Source: Lewinellaceae bacterium
Lineage (GTDB): Bacteria > Bacteroidota > Bacteroidia > Chitinophagales > Saprospiraceae
DNA length: 64,000 nucleotides
NCBI GenBank assembly: GCA_020636405.1
Contig: JACJXW010000009.1
Location: 204,641-268,640 of the forward strand
Direction: 5' to 3'
Shown here: one piece after another, positions 18,594 to 28,701 of the stretch
How the letters are laid out: the number at the start of each line of letters is the position of its first letter
Numbering within the stretch: position 1 is the stretch's first letter
Made by a program: the position numbers and the translations under genes
The notes under the pieces: generated by a model
Seen by the model: the letters and a program-made list of their open reading frames with translations, nothing else
Database searches by the model: none
What the model was told of the DNA's origin: nothing

Positions 18594-20207
18594 ATGAAGA
18601 TCTCGCCGGTATTATTCATTTTTGCAGCTCTGTTGTTTTCAGGAGCCGGAGCAGAGCCCGATGGCCGGCCAGGACTTGTTGAGGCCTGTGACAATGCTGT
18701 GGACGATGATGCCGATGGGTTGATTGACCTGAACGACCCGGATTGCGGCTGCCCGGTGGCGGCGCCGGTTTCCCGTATTCCCAACCCTTCTTTTGAAGAA
18801 CAGGACTGCTGCCCCGGCAACCGTTCGCAGATGGACTGCGCGACGGGCTGGATTCAGGCCTCGGCGCCTACTACCGACTACCTGCACACCTGCAACTGGC
18901 TGGGCTGGCCCGACCTGCCTCCTCCCAGGCCGTTTCCCGACGGGGAGGGATGTATGGGCTTCCGCAACGGCAGGCCGGGCGGCAACAACGGAGGAGGGCC
19001 GCAACCCAACTGGAAGGAATACGCCGGCGCCTGTCTGACCAACCCGCTGCGGGCAGGGGTCGCTTACCGTTTTGAATTTTATGTCGGTTTCACCCACCGC
19101 GACAATTCCCCGCCCACGTCTATCGTCTTTTTCGGTACGGCCAATTGCAACAACCTGCCCTTTGGCAATAACGATCCCGATTTTGGCTGTCCTACCAACG
19201 GCCCGGGCTGGATGCAACTCGGTTCGGTGTCCATCAACGGCGCTAATCAATGGTTGCTGAAGGAGATCAACGTGGTGCCCACCGAAGACATCTATGCCAT
19301 CGCTATCGGCCCAGGCTGTGTACAATCCCCTTCGAACATCAGCACCTACTACTTCTTCGACAAGCTGGTACTGGCCGAAGAGCGGGAGTTCTCCTTCCGC
19401 ATCAGTACCCTGGATCATCCCTGTTCGGAGGCGTTTGGGCTGAGTATCCCATTTTATGATACCTTGCAGTACCAATGGTACCGGGACGGGGTGGCACTGG
19501 TAGGCCAAACGAGCCCTCAGTTAGAGGACATAAAAGAACCAGGAGACTATCAGGTGCGGGCACTTGGGCCCAATTCTTGCCGTATCACTACTGCTTACCG
19601 CCATCGCCCGCCGGCCTTTACCACTCAACTGCGGGAAGTGATCTGTGAAGGGGAGTCCTATTCATTTGGAGGCCGTAGCCTGCAATACAGTGGCAATTAT
19701 CAGGACACCTTGAAAACGGCCAACAACTGCGACAGCATCGTTCGCCTCGAACTGGAAGTGATCGGACAGGTGGCGGATACGGTATACGCCTGGATATTTG
19801 AGGGCGGGAGCTGGCCCCTCGGTGGCCGGAAGTATGACAAGCCGGGGCGGTATACCGCTACCCTGACATCGAGTTACGGGTGTGACAGCCTGGTTCTCCT
19901 CATCCTCGATACCTATAAAGTTTACATCCCCAACGCATTTTCTCCGAACGGCGATGGCAGGAACGACACCTTTACTATCTTTATCGGACAAGACATCAAA
20001 GAGGTGCTCCGCCTGCAGGCCTTCAGCCGCTGGGGCGGCCTGGCCTTTGACTCGGAAGGGCTGGAAGCCAACGCTGCGGGATTCGGGTGGGACGGTAGGA
20101 CAGGAGGAAAGCCGGCTCCGCCCGGAGTGTACGTCTACCAGGCGACGATCGTTACAATGGATGGACAGGAACACCGGGTGAGCGGGGAGGTGGTTTTGGT
20201 GAGGTAG
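18594..20207 (+). CDS. Secreted protein with T9SS type B (gliding-motility CHU_C-like) C-terminal domain
   Basis: Signal peptide. C-terminal YKVYIPNAFSPNGDGRNDTFTIF...GVYVYQATIV...GEVVLVR matches the type B sorting-domain signature. Confidence 0.8.
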   Translation: MKISPVLFIFAALLFSGAGAEPDGRPGLVEACDNAVDDDADGLIDLNDPDCGCPVAAPVSRIPNPSFEEQDCCPGNRSQMDCATGWIQASAPTTDYLHTCNWLGWPDLPPPRPFPDGEGCMGFRNGRPGGNNGGGPQPNWKEYAGACLTNPLRAGVAYRFEFYVGFTHRDNSPPTSIVFFGTANCNNLPFGNNDPDFGCPTNGPGWMQLGSVSINGANQWLLKEINVVPTEDIYAIAIGPGCVQSPSNISTYYFFDKLVLAEEREFSFRISTLDHPCSEAFGLSIPFYDTLQYQWYRDGVALVGQTSPQLEDIKEPGDYQVRALGPNSCRITTAYRHRPPAFTTQLREVICEGESYSFGGRSLQYSGNYQDTLKTANNCDSIVRLELEVIGQVADTVYAWIFEGGSWPLGGRKYDKPGRYTATLTSSYGCDSLVLLILDTYKVYIPNAFSPNGDGRNDTFTIFIGQDIKEVLRLQAFSRWGGLAFDSEGLEANAAGFGWDGRTGGKPAPPGVYVYQATIVTMDGQEHRVSGEVVLVR

Positions 20208-20322
20208 GGGGGCGTGGGGAGGTTTGGAGGTTTGGATGTTTGGACGTTTGGACGTGGGGATGTTTGGATGTTTGGACGTTTGGACGTGGGGACGTTTGGA
20301 CGTGGGGATGTTGGGCGGTGGG
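20208..20322. repeat. Oligonucleotide tandem repeats (GTTTGGA[CT]G / TGGGGA[TC]G units)
   Basis: Direct reading: ...GTTTGGATGTTTGGACGTTTGGACGTGGGGATGTTTGGATGTTTGGACG... Confidence 0.85.
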
Positions 20323-20338
20323 GATGTTTAGCCTGAAA

Positions 20339-20968
20339 ATGAAGTCAAACAGAGATAAAATACTGGAATCGGCGTTGATGTTATTCAACCGGGATGGGTT
20401 TGTAAACGTGCGGCTGCAGCACATTGCCGATGAGGCGGTAGTCAGTGTGGGCAACCTCGCCTATCACTTTCCCAACAAGGACGCTATTTTGCTGACGATA
20501 TACGAAGAGCTGGCCCGCCGGCAGAAGGAATTGCTGGCCGAATACAAGGTGGTCCCGCTGTTTGACAACATCGACCGGCTGATCCGGCGCACCTTCCGCC
20601 TGCAGCAGGATTACATTTTCTTCTACCTCGACACGCTGGAGCTCATCCGGGCCAATACGGCCATTGCCGAGGCTCACCGGCAGCATATTTCCTGGCAGGT
20701 GGCCCAGCTCAAGGCAATGTATGACTTCAACGCGGCAAGAGGCGCCATGGTAGCGGAGCCCCGGGAAGGCCTGTTTGAACAATTGGCCCTTCATTTCTGG
20801 ACAGCCTCCGATTTCTGGTTCACCCGCGAGTTGGCCCGGGGAAATCCGGAATTTGAGGAACAGGCGTACCGGTCGGCCCTTTGGGCGTTGCTGCTTCCCT
20901 ATTTTACGGAGATGGGAATGCGGGAATATGGACAAATGTTGCAGTCGCCTTACGACTTTTTCTTTTGA
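20339..20968 (+). CDS. TetR/AcrR-family transcriptional regulator
   Basis: N-terminal HTH: RDKILESALMLFNRDGFVNVRLQHIADEAVVSVGNLAYHFPNKDAIL. Start set after the tandem-repeat tract (alternative ATG at 20324). Confidence 0.85.
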   Translation: MKSNRDKILESALMLFNRDGFVNVRLQHIADEAVVSVGNLAYHFPNKDAILLTIYEELARRQKELLAEYKVVPLFDNIDRLIRRTFRLQQDYIFFYLDTLELIRANTAIAEAHRQHISWQVAQLKAMYDFNAARGAMVAEPREGLFEQLALHFWTASDFWFTRELARGNPEFEEQAYRSALWALLLPYFTEMGMREYGQMLQSPYDFFF

Positions 20969-21036
20969 TCTTGATGTATTTCCTGTAGCTTTGTTGAAAG
21001 CTTCAGTCCATTTTATTCAACAAAAACACCCATGCT

Positions 21037-21393
21037 ATGGCTGAGTTTCAGCTCGGAAGTGAAGCTTATGATGGCCTGTTGAACCTGCTCAACAATCAGC
21101 ACTTTACAGAAAAGCCCGGCAGTAATGCCGATATGGCCTTTTTATCTGATGACTGGTGGCTACAGGACACAGCCGTCGTTGATAATGTGGTAAAACGAGC
21201 CGGAATGTGGGAGATACAACTGGTATTTGCCCACTACCGTACGCCACAGAAACTGATCAAACGGATCATTTCGCGCCATGCTTCCAGGAAAAAAGCCCTG
21301 TTGATGGCCGGATACATGAGGCGCTTGGCAGCGAAAGACCAACGAGGCACTTTACAGGTGGATATTCAGGACTTTGGCCTGTGTTCCACCTAA
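21037..21393 (+). CDS. Hypothetical protein (118 aa) between two TetR paralogues
   Basis: ORF only. No motif recognised. Confidence 0.4.
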   Translation: MAEFQLGSEAYDGLLNLLNNQHFTEKPGSNADMAFLSDDWWLQDTAVVDNVVKRAGMWEIQLVFAHYRTPQKLIKRIISRHASRKKALLMAGYMRRLAAKDQRGTLQVDIQDFGLCST

Positions 21394-21447
21394 AACCATT
21401 CCTGCCGGGCTTAGTTGATGCGGTGGGAATAAACATTATTTGTATTC

Positions 21448-22089
21448 ATGGCCGAACTAAACACGAAGCAGAAAATTCTCCATGCCTCCGTTCAACTTTT
21501 CAATGAGTATGGCCTGGCTAATGTGCGCTTGCAACAAATTGCTACAGAAACCGGTATCAGCGTAGGCAACCTTGCCTATCACTTTCGCAACAAAGAGGCC
21601 ATTTTGTGTGCCATCCATGAAGAGCTCAGAGAAGAGGTCGCCGAGATCCTTTCCACCTACCGCATCTTTCCCAACCTTCTGGACTTTGACAACCAGGTCT
21701 CCAAATACTTCTACTTCATCGAAAAGTACGCCTTCTATTACGTCGATTCAGTGGAAGTGGACCGCACCTGCCCGGAGATGGCCAGCTTCCGGCGGCAACA
21801 CATCTCCAAAATGATCAGCCAGATCCGGAAGCGTTTTGATTTCAACATCAGCCGGGGGGTTATCCGAAAAGAAGCCCGGCCCGGCCTTTACGACACTCTG
21901 GCGCAGTCCATCTGGATGCTGATCGCTTTCTGGGTGCCCCAAAGCCTGGTGAGAGGGGAACGCCTGCCTCTAAAACAGGAAGCGCTGAAGGAAACCATCT
22001 GGAACCTGGTCTACCCTCACTTAACCCAAGAGGGGATCGCCGAGTTTGAGCAGCTTATCGTTCCGCTCTTCGATGAGGCGGCGCCCTGA
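21448..22089 (+). CDS. TetR/AcrR-family transcriptional regulator (paralogue of 20339-20968)
   Basis: KQKILHASVQLFNEYGLANVRLQQIATETGISVGNLAYHFRNKEAIL. Clear similarity to the upstream TetR along its whole length. Confidence 0.85.
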   Translation: MAELNTKQKILHASVQLFNEYGLANVRLQQIATETGISVGNLAYHFRNKEAILCAIHEELREEVAEILSTYRIFPNLLDFDNQVSKYFYFIEKYAFYYVDSVEVDRTCPEMASFRRQHISKMISQIRKRFDFNISRGVIRKEARPGLYDTLAQSIWMLIAFWVPQSLVRGERLPLKQEALKETIWNLVYPHLTQEGIAEFEQLIVPLFDEAAP

Positions 22090-22094
22090 AGTAG

Positions 22095-23825
22095 CTACAG
22101 TCCCAAGTTTTTCCTGATCCACCGGATCATCGTCTCGTAGTTTTCTCCCGGCAGCCCGTGGCCTGCCCTGGGGTAGACAATATACTCTTTGGGCACCGAG
22201 AGCTGATTGTAGGCTGCAAAATTAATATGGGGCGGGCAAACCGGGTCTTCCAGCCCGACCGACATCAGCACCGGCGCTTTTATCCAGGGCGCCAGGTTCT
22301 TGATGTCAATATAACTCAGCGTGTGGTACACCTGATCCCATCCTACTTCCGGATGCTCTTCCACATAATTTTTGAACTCGTTGCCCGGCCAGACAGCTAC
22401 CTTGAAGTAATCTTCGAAGTCGGAAAGGAAGGGTACTTGGGGGGCACACAGCTTGATCCGCTCGTTATCGAGGGCAGCAGTGGCAAAACTCAGGGCGCCA
22501 CCCTGGCTGCCGCCTTCGACCACTACCCGGGAGGTATCCACCTCGGGCCGGGAGTAGAGGAAGTCTACCGCACGGATGCAATCCATGTATGCGCCGCGGT
22601 AGATGTACAGTTCCTTATCCTCGATATGGTGCAGCAGGTAGCCGGGAAAGCCTGGGTTGATGTGGTCCCGGCTGTTGCCATGTCCACGGATGTTGAGTAC
22701 GAAGGCCGCCATGTCGTTGCCCTGGTATCCCTGGTTGGCCTTGCGGTCGCTGCTGTATCCCTGCACCTGCAGGATGGCGGGGTACCTGCCGGGGGCAGTA
22801 GGCCTGAGGTACCAGCCCCGGACCAGGATGTTGCCCAGCGAGCGCATTTCCACCAGGAAAACCTCCCGTTCGGGCGTACAAAGGCTGTCCTGCCGGATCA
22901 TTTTGTACTGTGGGGCCACGGCCGCCAGTTCTCTTTTTGCTCTTTTCCAGTAATCTTCGAAGTCGTCCGGGCGGTTGAGGGGGGAGGATACCTGTTCGGG
23001 GTTGGACCCGATGGCGAAGTTCAGCTGTTTGTTATCGAGGCCGCTCTCAAACAGGACGGTAGCCTGATAAAAGCCGGGAGGCAGTTTGCCCAGGCTGGCC
23101 TGGACGGTTTTGGATGTGTTTTTCCTGGCCGATACCGCTTCTTCCGATGTGGTTACCGGCTCCCCGAAATCGGACCGTATGGTTACCTTCAGCCGGCCGG
23201 ACAGGTTCTCGCTGTAGTTGTTCACCAGCTTCAGGTTCAGGGCCACCGGCCCGTCGCCGAGGAAGATGTGGTTGGCGGGGATATCCACCAACGAGATGGA
23301 CAGCAGGTCCTCCATGCCGGGTACGCGCAGAGAAACGTCGCCGCGGTATAGGCCTCCCCCTCCGCCTCCGTCGTAGACCCTGATGGCCAGGAGGTTTTCT
23401 TTGCCAAAAGCGATCTTCTCGAAGGGGATCTTATAAACCCGGTCCGCATCGTAGGCTGTACGGTAATTTGGCGGCAGGCTGCCGTTTTGGCCCAGCAGCT
23501 CGCCGTTCCAGTAGAAATAGTCCGAATCGTCGATCTTGCCGAGGTGCAGGATCAGGCCTCCGTTCTTGCGGGCTTCCGCTTCCAGGTTGCCGGGAACGAC
23601 GACGGACTGCCGGTACCAGGCAAAGCCGTCGTAGGAGTCGTATCCTTGCTGTTCCCACATTTTCCCGGAAAGGATCGCCGGCCAGGAAGCATCGTCCGTT
23701 TTGGAAGTGGCCCAGGAGGCGTCGTCCCCCGTTTTGAATTTCCATTCCGATTTGAGGAGGTTCTGAGCCGGGGCGGCAAAGGCCATTAGAAAAAGGGCGC
23801 CGGCCAAAAGGGCAAGTTGCTTCAT
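22095..23825 (-). CDS. CE7-like acetyl xylan esterase / cephalosporin-C deacetylase with an N-terminal galactose-binding-like domain
   Basis: Signal peptide. C-terminal alpha/beta hydrolase with GGSQGG nucleophile elbow and a terminal His context. N-terminal GFAWYRQSV-type sugar-binding domain motif. Confidence 0.75.
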   Translation of the reverse strand: MKQLALLAGALFLMAFAAPAQNLLKSEWKFKTGDDASWATSKTDDASWPAILSGKMWEQQGYDSYDGFAWYRQSVVVPGNLEAEARKNGGLILHLGKIDDSDYFYWNGELLGQNGSLPPNYRTAYDADRVYKIPFEKIAFGKENLLAIRVYDGGGGGGLYRGDVSLRVPGMEDLLSISLVDIPANHIFLGDGPVALNLKLVNNYSENLSGRLKVTIRSDFGEPVTTSEEAVSARKNTSKTVQASLGKLPPGFYQATVLFESGLDNKQLNFAIGSNPEQVSSPLNRPDDFEDYWKRAKRELAAVAPQYKMIRQDSLCTPEREVFLVEMRSLGNILVRGWYLRPTAPGRYPAILQVQGYSSDRKANQGYQGNDMAAFVLNIRGHGNSRDHINPGFPGYLLHHIEDKELYIYRGAYMDCIRAVDFLYSRPEVDTSRVVVEGGSQGGALSFATAALDNERIKLCAPQVPFLSDFEDYFKVAVWPGNEFKNYVEEHPEVGWDQVYHTLSYIDIKNLAPWIKAPVLMSVGLEDPVCPPHINFAAYNQLSVPKEYIVYPRAGHGLPGENYETMIRWIRKNLGL

Positions 23826-23841
23826 GATTCCCGATTTTTAA

Positions 23842-25434
23842 CTATTTATTATAAAGCTCAATATACTTGCGGTCCAACTGCTCCGAGTCTTTGTACTTCA
23901 CCCGCAGCTCTGCCAGCTGTCGCCGGAGTTTCTTAACCACCTCAGCGTAGGCGGGGTCGTGGTATACGTTCTTCAATTCCTGTGGGTCTTTTTTGCGGTC
24001 GTAGAGCTCCCACTCGTCGATGTCGTAGTAGAAATGGGCGAGCTTGTAGTCTTCGGTCACGATGCCGTAATGCCGTTTGACCATATGGATGGCGGGATAT
24101 TCGTAGTAGTGGTAGTACACCGCCTCCCTGTCCCATTTGTCGGCCTGGCCCTTGAGCAGGGGCAGCAGGCTTTCCCCCTGCATGTCGGCCGGTGGGGTGA
24201 GGCCGGCGGCTTCCAGCAGGGTTTGGGCGAAGTCGAGATTCTGTACCATTTGGGTAGAACGGGTACCGGGCTGCACTACCCCCGGCCAGCGTACCAGGAG
24301 GGGTGTTTTGAAAGATTCGTCGTAGATGAAGCGCTTGTCGAACCACCCGTGTTCGCCCAGGTAAAAGCCCTGGTCGGAAGTGTAAACAATGATGGTGTTC
24401 TCCGTCAGGCCGTTCTCGTCGAGGTAATCCAGCAGGCGGCCTACATTCTCGTCTACGGCGGCAATGGTGGCCAGATAGTCCTGCATGTAGCGCTGGTAAC
24501 GCCACCGCATCAGGTCCTTGTCGCTCATTTCCGGGTAGCGCTTCAGGAAATCTGCATTCATAGGGCCGTACACCTCGTTCCAGGCCTGGCGCTGGGCTTC
24601 CGTCATGCGGGTGAGGGTTTCCTCCAGTGCCCGCACGCCCCAGTCGAGGGTTTCCGGTATGCCCAGGCTGTCCATCACTTCCGGGTATATTTTCGAATCG
24701 CCTGCCCAGTTCATATGCATCAGCAGGTTCATCTCGGCCTGCCGGGCGGCGGCGCCCCGGCCCTGATAGTCATCGAACAGGGTAGGGGGCTCCGGGAAGG
24801 TTTTGTGGATGTATTCCCGGTAGTGCCGTTCGGCGGGAAACCACTCCCGGTGAGGCGCCTTGTGCAGGTACATCAGCAGGAAGGGCTTTTCCGGGTCCCG
24901 GCGCTCGTCCAGCCAGTCTATTGCCAGGTCTGTGATGATGTCGGTTACATAACCTTCGATCGTGGTATCGCCCTTGTTGGTGATAAATCCGGGGCTGTAG
25001 TAATAACCCTGCCCGGGCAGGATCATAAACTCGTCAATGCCTTTGGGGTTGTTGCCAAAGTGGAGCTTGCCGAACATTGCCGTCTGATACCCTGCTGCCT
25101 GCAGGATCTGGGGGAAGGTTACGTTGGTGGTGTCAAAGGGAAAGATGTTGTCGACCTTCCCGTGGATGTGGGTGTGTTTCCCGGTCAGGATGGTCGCCCG
25201 GGAGGGGGCGCAGATGGAGTTGGAAACACAGGCATTGGTGAACAGCATCCCCTCTTTGGCCAGGCGGTCGATGTTGGGCGTCTGGATCAGGTGATCGCTG
25301 TAGGCGCTGATGGCCTGGTAGGCGTGGTCGTCGGCCATCATGAAGATGATGTTGGGGCGTTGCTGGTTTTGAGCGAATACGTGCACACTGAAGGCCAGAT
25401 AAATGCAGAGGAGTAATTCGGTTTTAATGTTCAT
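23842..25434 (-). CDS. Formylglycine-dependent sulfatase
   Basis: PNIIFMMADDH and CAPSRATILTGK (C-x-P-x-R) signatures, with a signal peptide. Start set to ATG 25434 (MNIKTELLL). Confidence 0.85.
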   Translation of the reverse strand: MNIKTELLLCIYLAFSVHVFAQNQQRPNIIFMMADDHAYQAISAYSDHLIQTPNIDRLAKEGMLFTNACVSNSICAPSRATILTGKHTHIHGKVDNIFPFDTTNVTFPQILQAAGYQTAMFGKLHFGNNPKGIDEFMILPGQGYYYSPGFITNKGDTTIEGYVTDIITDLAIDWLDERRDPEKPFLLMYLHKAPHREWFPAERHYREYIHKTFPEPPTLFDDYQGRGAAARQAEMNLLMHMNWAGDSKIYPEVMDSLGIPETLDWGVRALEETLTRMTEAQRQAWNEVYGPMNADFLKRYPEMSDKDLMRWRYQRYMQDYLATIAAVDENVGRLLDYLDENGLTENTIIVYTSDQGFYLGEHGWFDKRFIYDESFKTPLLVRWPGVVQPGTRSTQMVQNLDFAQTLLEAAGLTPPADMQGESLLPLLKGQADKWDREAVYYHYYEYPAIHMVKRHYGIVTEDYKLAHFYYDIDEWELYDRKKDPQELKNVYHDPAYAEVVKKLRRQLAELRVKYKDSEQLDRKYIELYNK

Positions 25435-25624
25435 TTCAAGCGTCTTTGGTCCTGGATGATTCACATTACAGGGTCGGCGCGCCCCGAGTGGTAAAAATAG
25501 CATAAAATTATGAAGTGTCGCTCCGGGAAAGGAACACTGGCAGGGCAATCGCATTTAAATTGTTCATTTGGAAATGGAAGGAAAAAGCACCGTTTTTTTC
25601 CTCAATCCTAAAGGAAGAACGGCA

Positions 25625-25900
25625 CTTTCGCCTGGAATACCGGTGCCATGGCTTTTGCAGGTTGTCGGCTCCTGGCAGGAAACCGCCAAGGCACGTTCCT
25701 TACCTTCAACATCAGGGAATGGGGCTTTTGTCCTTGTCTTCAGCCCAAGGCTTTCCTTTAGGGAAAAAGGGCGCTTGTGGCCGCTTGGGAGCTGTCCATT
25801 GCGCGGTGGTAGCTGCCGGGCAGGGGCTACGGACAATGCCCTTCCACTCGCCCTGCATCGAAAATCGAACGTCACCAATCAAACATCAAAAATCAGATTT
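25625..25900. repeat. Diverged inverted copy of the core of the 630-bp unit at 52.3-53.5 kb, followed by a CATCGAAAATCGAAC...AATCAAACATCAAAAATCAG tail
   Basis: The reverse complement of about 25628-25845 aligns by eye with 52352-52562, with many mismatches. The tail is shared with 28848-28904. Confidence 0.7.
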
Positions 25901-26047
25901 TGACTGCCGGGATGGGGCTTCCGGCACTTTTCTTCCCCACAGGAGATACAGCCCGGCGTCGAACGCCGGGGGCATCTCGCTCTGAACGACAAAACCCGCC
26001 CCCCGGGCAATGCCGGAGAGCGGGTTTTGTCGTTTAGAGCAAAAAAC

Positions 26048-27115
26048 TCACGCGATCGTAATGTCCTTATTCAGGTACACATCCTGGATGGCGTTCAGCA
26101 GTTCCACTCCGTCCTTCATAGGTTTCTGGAAGGCTTTGCGGCCGGAGATGAGGCCCATGCCGCCGGCCCGCTTGTTGATGATGGCGGTGCGTACGGCCTG
26201 TGCCAGGTCGTTCTTACCGGAGGCGCCGCCCGAGTTGATCAGGCCGGCCCGCCCCATGTAGCAGTTGGCCACCTGGTAGCGCGTCAGGTCGATGGGGTGG
26301 TCGGTAGTCAGTTCGGAATAGACCTTATCGTGGGTTTTGGCGAACTTGATGGCTTTGAAGCCGCCGTTGTTTTCCGGCTGTTTCTGCTTGACGATATCCG
26401 CCTCGATGGTCGCTGCCAGGTGGTTGGCCTGTCCGGTCAGGTCGGCCGCCACGTGGTAGTCCTTGCCGTTCGTGAAGCCTGGGTTGCGCAGGTAGGCCCA
26501 CAGGATGGTCACCAGCCCCAGTTCGTGGGCATAGCGGAACGCTTCGGAGACCTCCTGGATCTGGCGGCTGCTCTCTTCGCTGCCGTAATAGATCGTGGCG
26601 CCGACAGCGATGGCCCCCATATCATAGGCCTGGTCGATGCTGGCGAACATGATCTGGTCGTACTTGTTGGGGTAGGTCATCAACTCGTTGTGGTTGAACT
26701 TCAGGATGAAGGGGATCTTGTGGGCGTATTTGCGGGAAACGGCGCCCAGTACACCCAGGGTGGAAGCCACCGCGTTGCATCCGCCTTCGATGGCCAGTTT
26801 GACGATGTTCTCCGGGTCGAAATAGATCGGGTTCGGAGCGAAAGAGGCCCCCGCCGTATGTTCGATACCCTGGTCGACGGGAAGGATGGACACGTAGCCC
26901 GACCCGCCCAGGCGGCCGGCATTGAAAAGAGCCTGCATATTGCGCATCACGACTGGAGAACGGTCGGACCCCAGCACGATCCGGTCGACAAAGTCCGGCC
27001 CAGGTAAGTGAAGCTGGCCTTTGGGAATGGTTTTAGATACGTGCTCGAGCAAATAGGAGGCATCATCGCCTAAAAGCGATTCAAGTTTGGAAATGGAGGC
27101 GGTTTGTATACTCAT
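26048..27115 (-). CDS. fbaB: Fructose-bisphosphate aldolase, class I (FbaB/DhnA type)
   Basis: Collinear similarity to E. coli FbaB as I recall it ([63 protein letters not shown]). Start at ATG 27115. Confidence 0.9.
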   Translation of the reverse strand: MSIQTASISKLESLLGDDASYLLEHVSKTIPKGQLHLPGPDFVDRIVLGSDRSPVVMRNMQALFNAGRLGGSGYVSILPVDQGIEHTAGASFAPNPIYFDPENIVKLAIEGGCNAVASTLGVLGAVSRKYAHKIPFILKFNHNELMTYPNKYDQIMFASIDQAYDMGAIAVGATIYYGSEESSRQIQEVSEAFRYAHELGLVTILWAYLRNPGFTNGKDYHVAADLTGQANHLAATIEADIVKQKQPENNGGFKAIKFAKTHDKVYSELTTDHPIDLTRYQVANCYMGRAGLINSGGASGKNDLAQAVRTAIINKRAGGMGLISGRKAFQKPMKDGVELLNAIQDVYLNKDITIA

Positions 27116-27377
27116 AGGATGAGAGATTTGGTTAGAGAGCTTGTTTGGAGGTGGCGTTTTGGCCCACTCCGATGGATATCGGGAGCTGCCTCCTGGCAAG
27201 CCCTTTTTGAAAGGATTAAATTTAGGCATTTCTCAGGCGGGATAGGATGATATTTATCATGGAGGAGCATGGTTTTTTGTTATTGTGTTTTTGACACTTT
27301 GCTCCTTACTTTATGGTTTTTCGGACGTACCCGATTCATCGGGTGCGTAGCATTTTCTCATTTAACCCATAAATAGC

Positions 27378-28583
27378 ATGGCAAACATTAAGGAAAAAAA
27401 AGGCGTCATCGGTATCCTGACCGGTGGCGGCGACGTGCCCGGCCTGAACCCCGCCATCCGCGCCGTCACGATCCGGGCACTGAGAGAAGGATATGATGTG
27501 ATCGGCATCCGCCGCGGATGGGGCGGCATGGTCGATATCGTACGCGATAAGAAGTACGACAACAGCAACAACTTCCAGTACCTCACCAAAGACGTGGTCA
27601 ACCGGGCCGGCAGGACGGGCGGCACCTTCCTGCACACCTCCCGCACCCGCCCCAGCCACGTGGCCAAAGACCAGGTGCCCCAACACCTGCAGGACTCCTA
27701 TGGGGAGAAGGTCAACGACCTCACCCCCGAGGTGCTCAAAAACCTGGAATGGCTCAACATCGATTACCTCATTCCCATCGGGGGCGACGATACGCTGAGC
27801 TATGGCGTACACCTCTACCAGCAAGGCTTAAAGGTGGTGGCCATTCCCAAGACCATGGACAACGACGTGCCGGGCACCGACTACTGCATCGGCTTCAGCA
27901 CCTGCGTGACCCGCACCATCTCCATGGCCAACAACCTGCGGACCGCCGCCGGATCCCACGAGCGCATCATGGTGCTGGAAGTGTTCGGGCGCTACGCCGG
28001 GTTTACCGCTATGTTGCCCACCATGGCCGGCGCCGCCAACCGCTGCATCATCCCCGAACACCCCTTCGACATCGAAAAGCTGACCGACCTCATGGTGGAA
28101 GACCGCAATGAGAACCCCAGCAAGTACTCCATCGTGCTGATCTCGGAAGGCGCTACCTTCCAGGGCGGAGAAATGGTGTTCGAAGGAGCGGAAAAGGACG
28201 CCTACGGACACGCCAAACTGGGCGGCATCGGCGATATGGTCTCCGCCAAGATCAAGGAACTGTCCCCGAAATACAACAACGGCAAGGCGGTCAATGTCAT
28301 CAACCAGAAACTGGGCTACCTGGTCCGCTGCGGCGACCCCGACGCCATTGACTCCATCGTGCCCATGGCCTACGGCAACCTGGCCCTCGACCTCATCCTC
28401 AATGGCATCGACGGCCGCCTGGTCATTCTCAAGAACGGCCGCTACGACGACGTGCCCATCAGCGTGGTGACCAGCACCAAAAAGGTGGTCGACGTCAAGA
28501 AGTTCTACAATACCGAACGGATGCGCCCCTTCTACCACAGCTTCGAAATGAAACCGATGCTGATCATGACCAGCGAGGGGTAG
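27378..28583 (+). CDS. pfk: 6-phosphofructokinase, with the Asp/Lys signature associated with PPi dependence
   Basis: IGILTGGGDVPGLN, IPIGGDDTLSYG and VVAIPKTMDNDV. GGDD and PKT replace the GGDG and PGT of ATP-dependent enzymes. Confidence 0.88.
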   Translation: MANIKEKKGVIGILTGGGDVPGLNPAIRAVTIRALREGYDVIGIRRGWGGMVDIVRDKKYDNSNNFQYLTKDVVNRAGRTGGTFLHTSRTRPSHVAKDQVPQHLQDSYGEKVNDLTPEVLKNLEWLNIDYLIPIGGDDTLSYGVHLYQQGLKVVAIPKTMDNDVPGTDYCIGFSTCVTRTISMANNLRTAAGSHERIMVLEVFGRYAGFTAMLPTMAGAANRCIIPEHPFDIEKLTDLMVEDRNENPSKYSIVLISEGATFQGGEMVFEGAEKDAYGHAKLGGIGDMVSAKIKELSPKYNNGKAVNVINQKLGYLVRCGDPDAIDSIVPMAYGNLALDLILNGIDGRLVILKNGRYDDVPISVVTSTKKVVDVKKFYNTERMRPFYHSFEMKPMLIMTSEG

Positions 28584-28701
28584 GGGTTTGGGCGGCAATG
28601 GTGATCGGAGCCGGATTGGGCTGCATCATCATTGCCTCCCTTGCCTGGCCCCGGGCGCTTGGCTTTGAAGCGGAGCGCCCGGGGCCCTTACTTCGAAACT
28701 G

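Noticed and set aside
20208-20322. Possibility that the short tandem repeats are a mini-CRISPR array
   Set aside because: The units are 8-9 nt and contiguous, with no unique spacers. This is a simple minisatellite.
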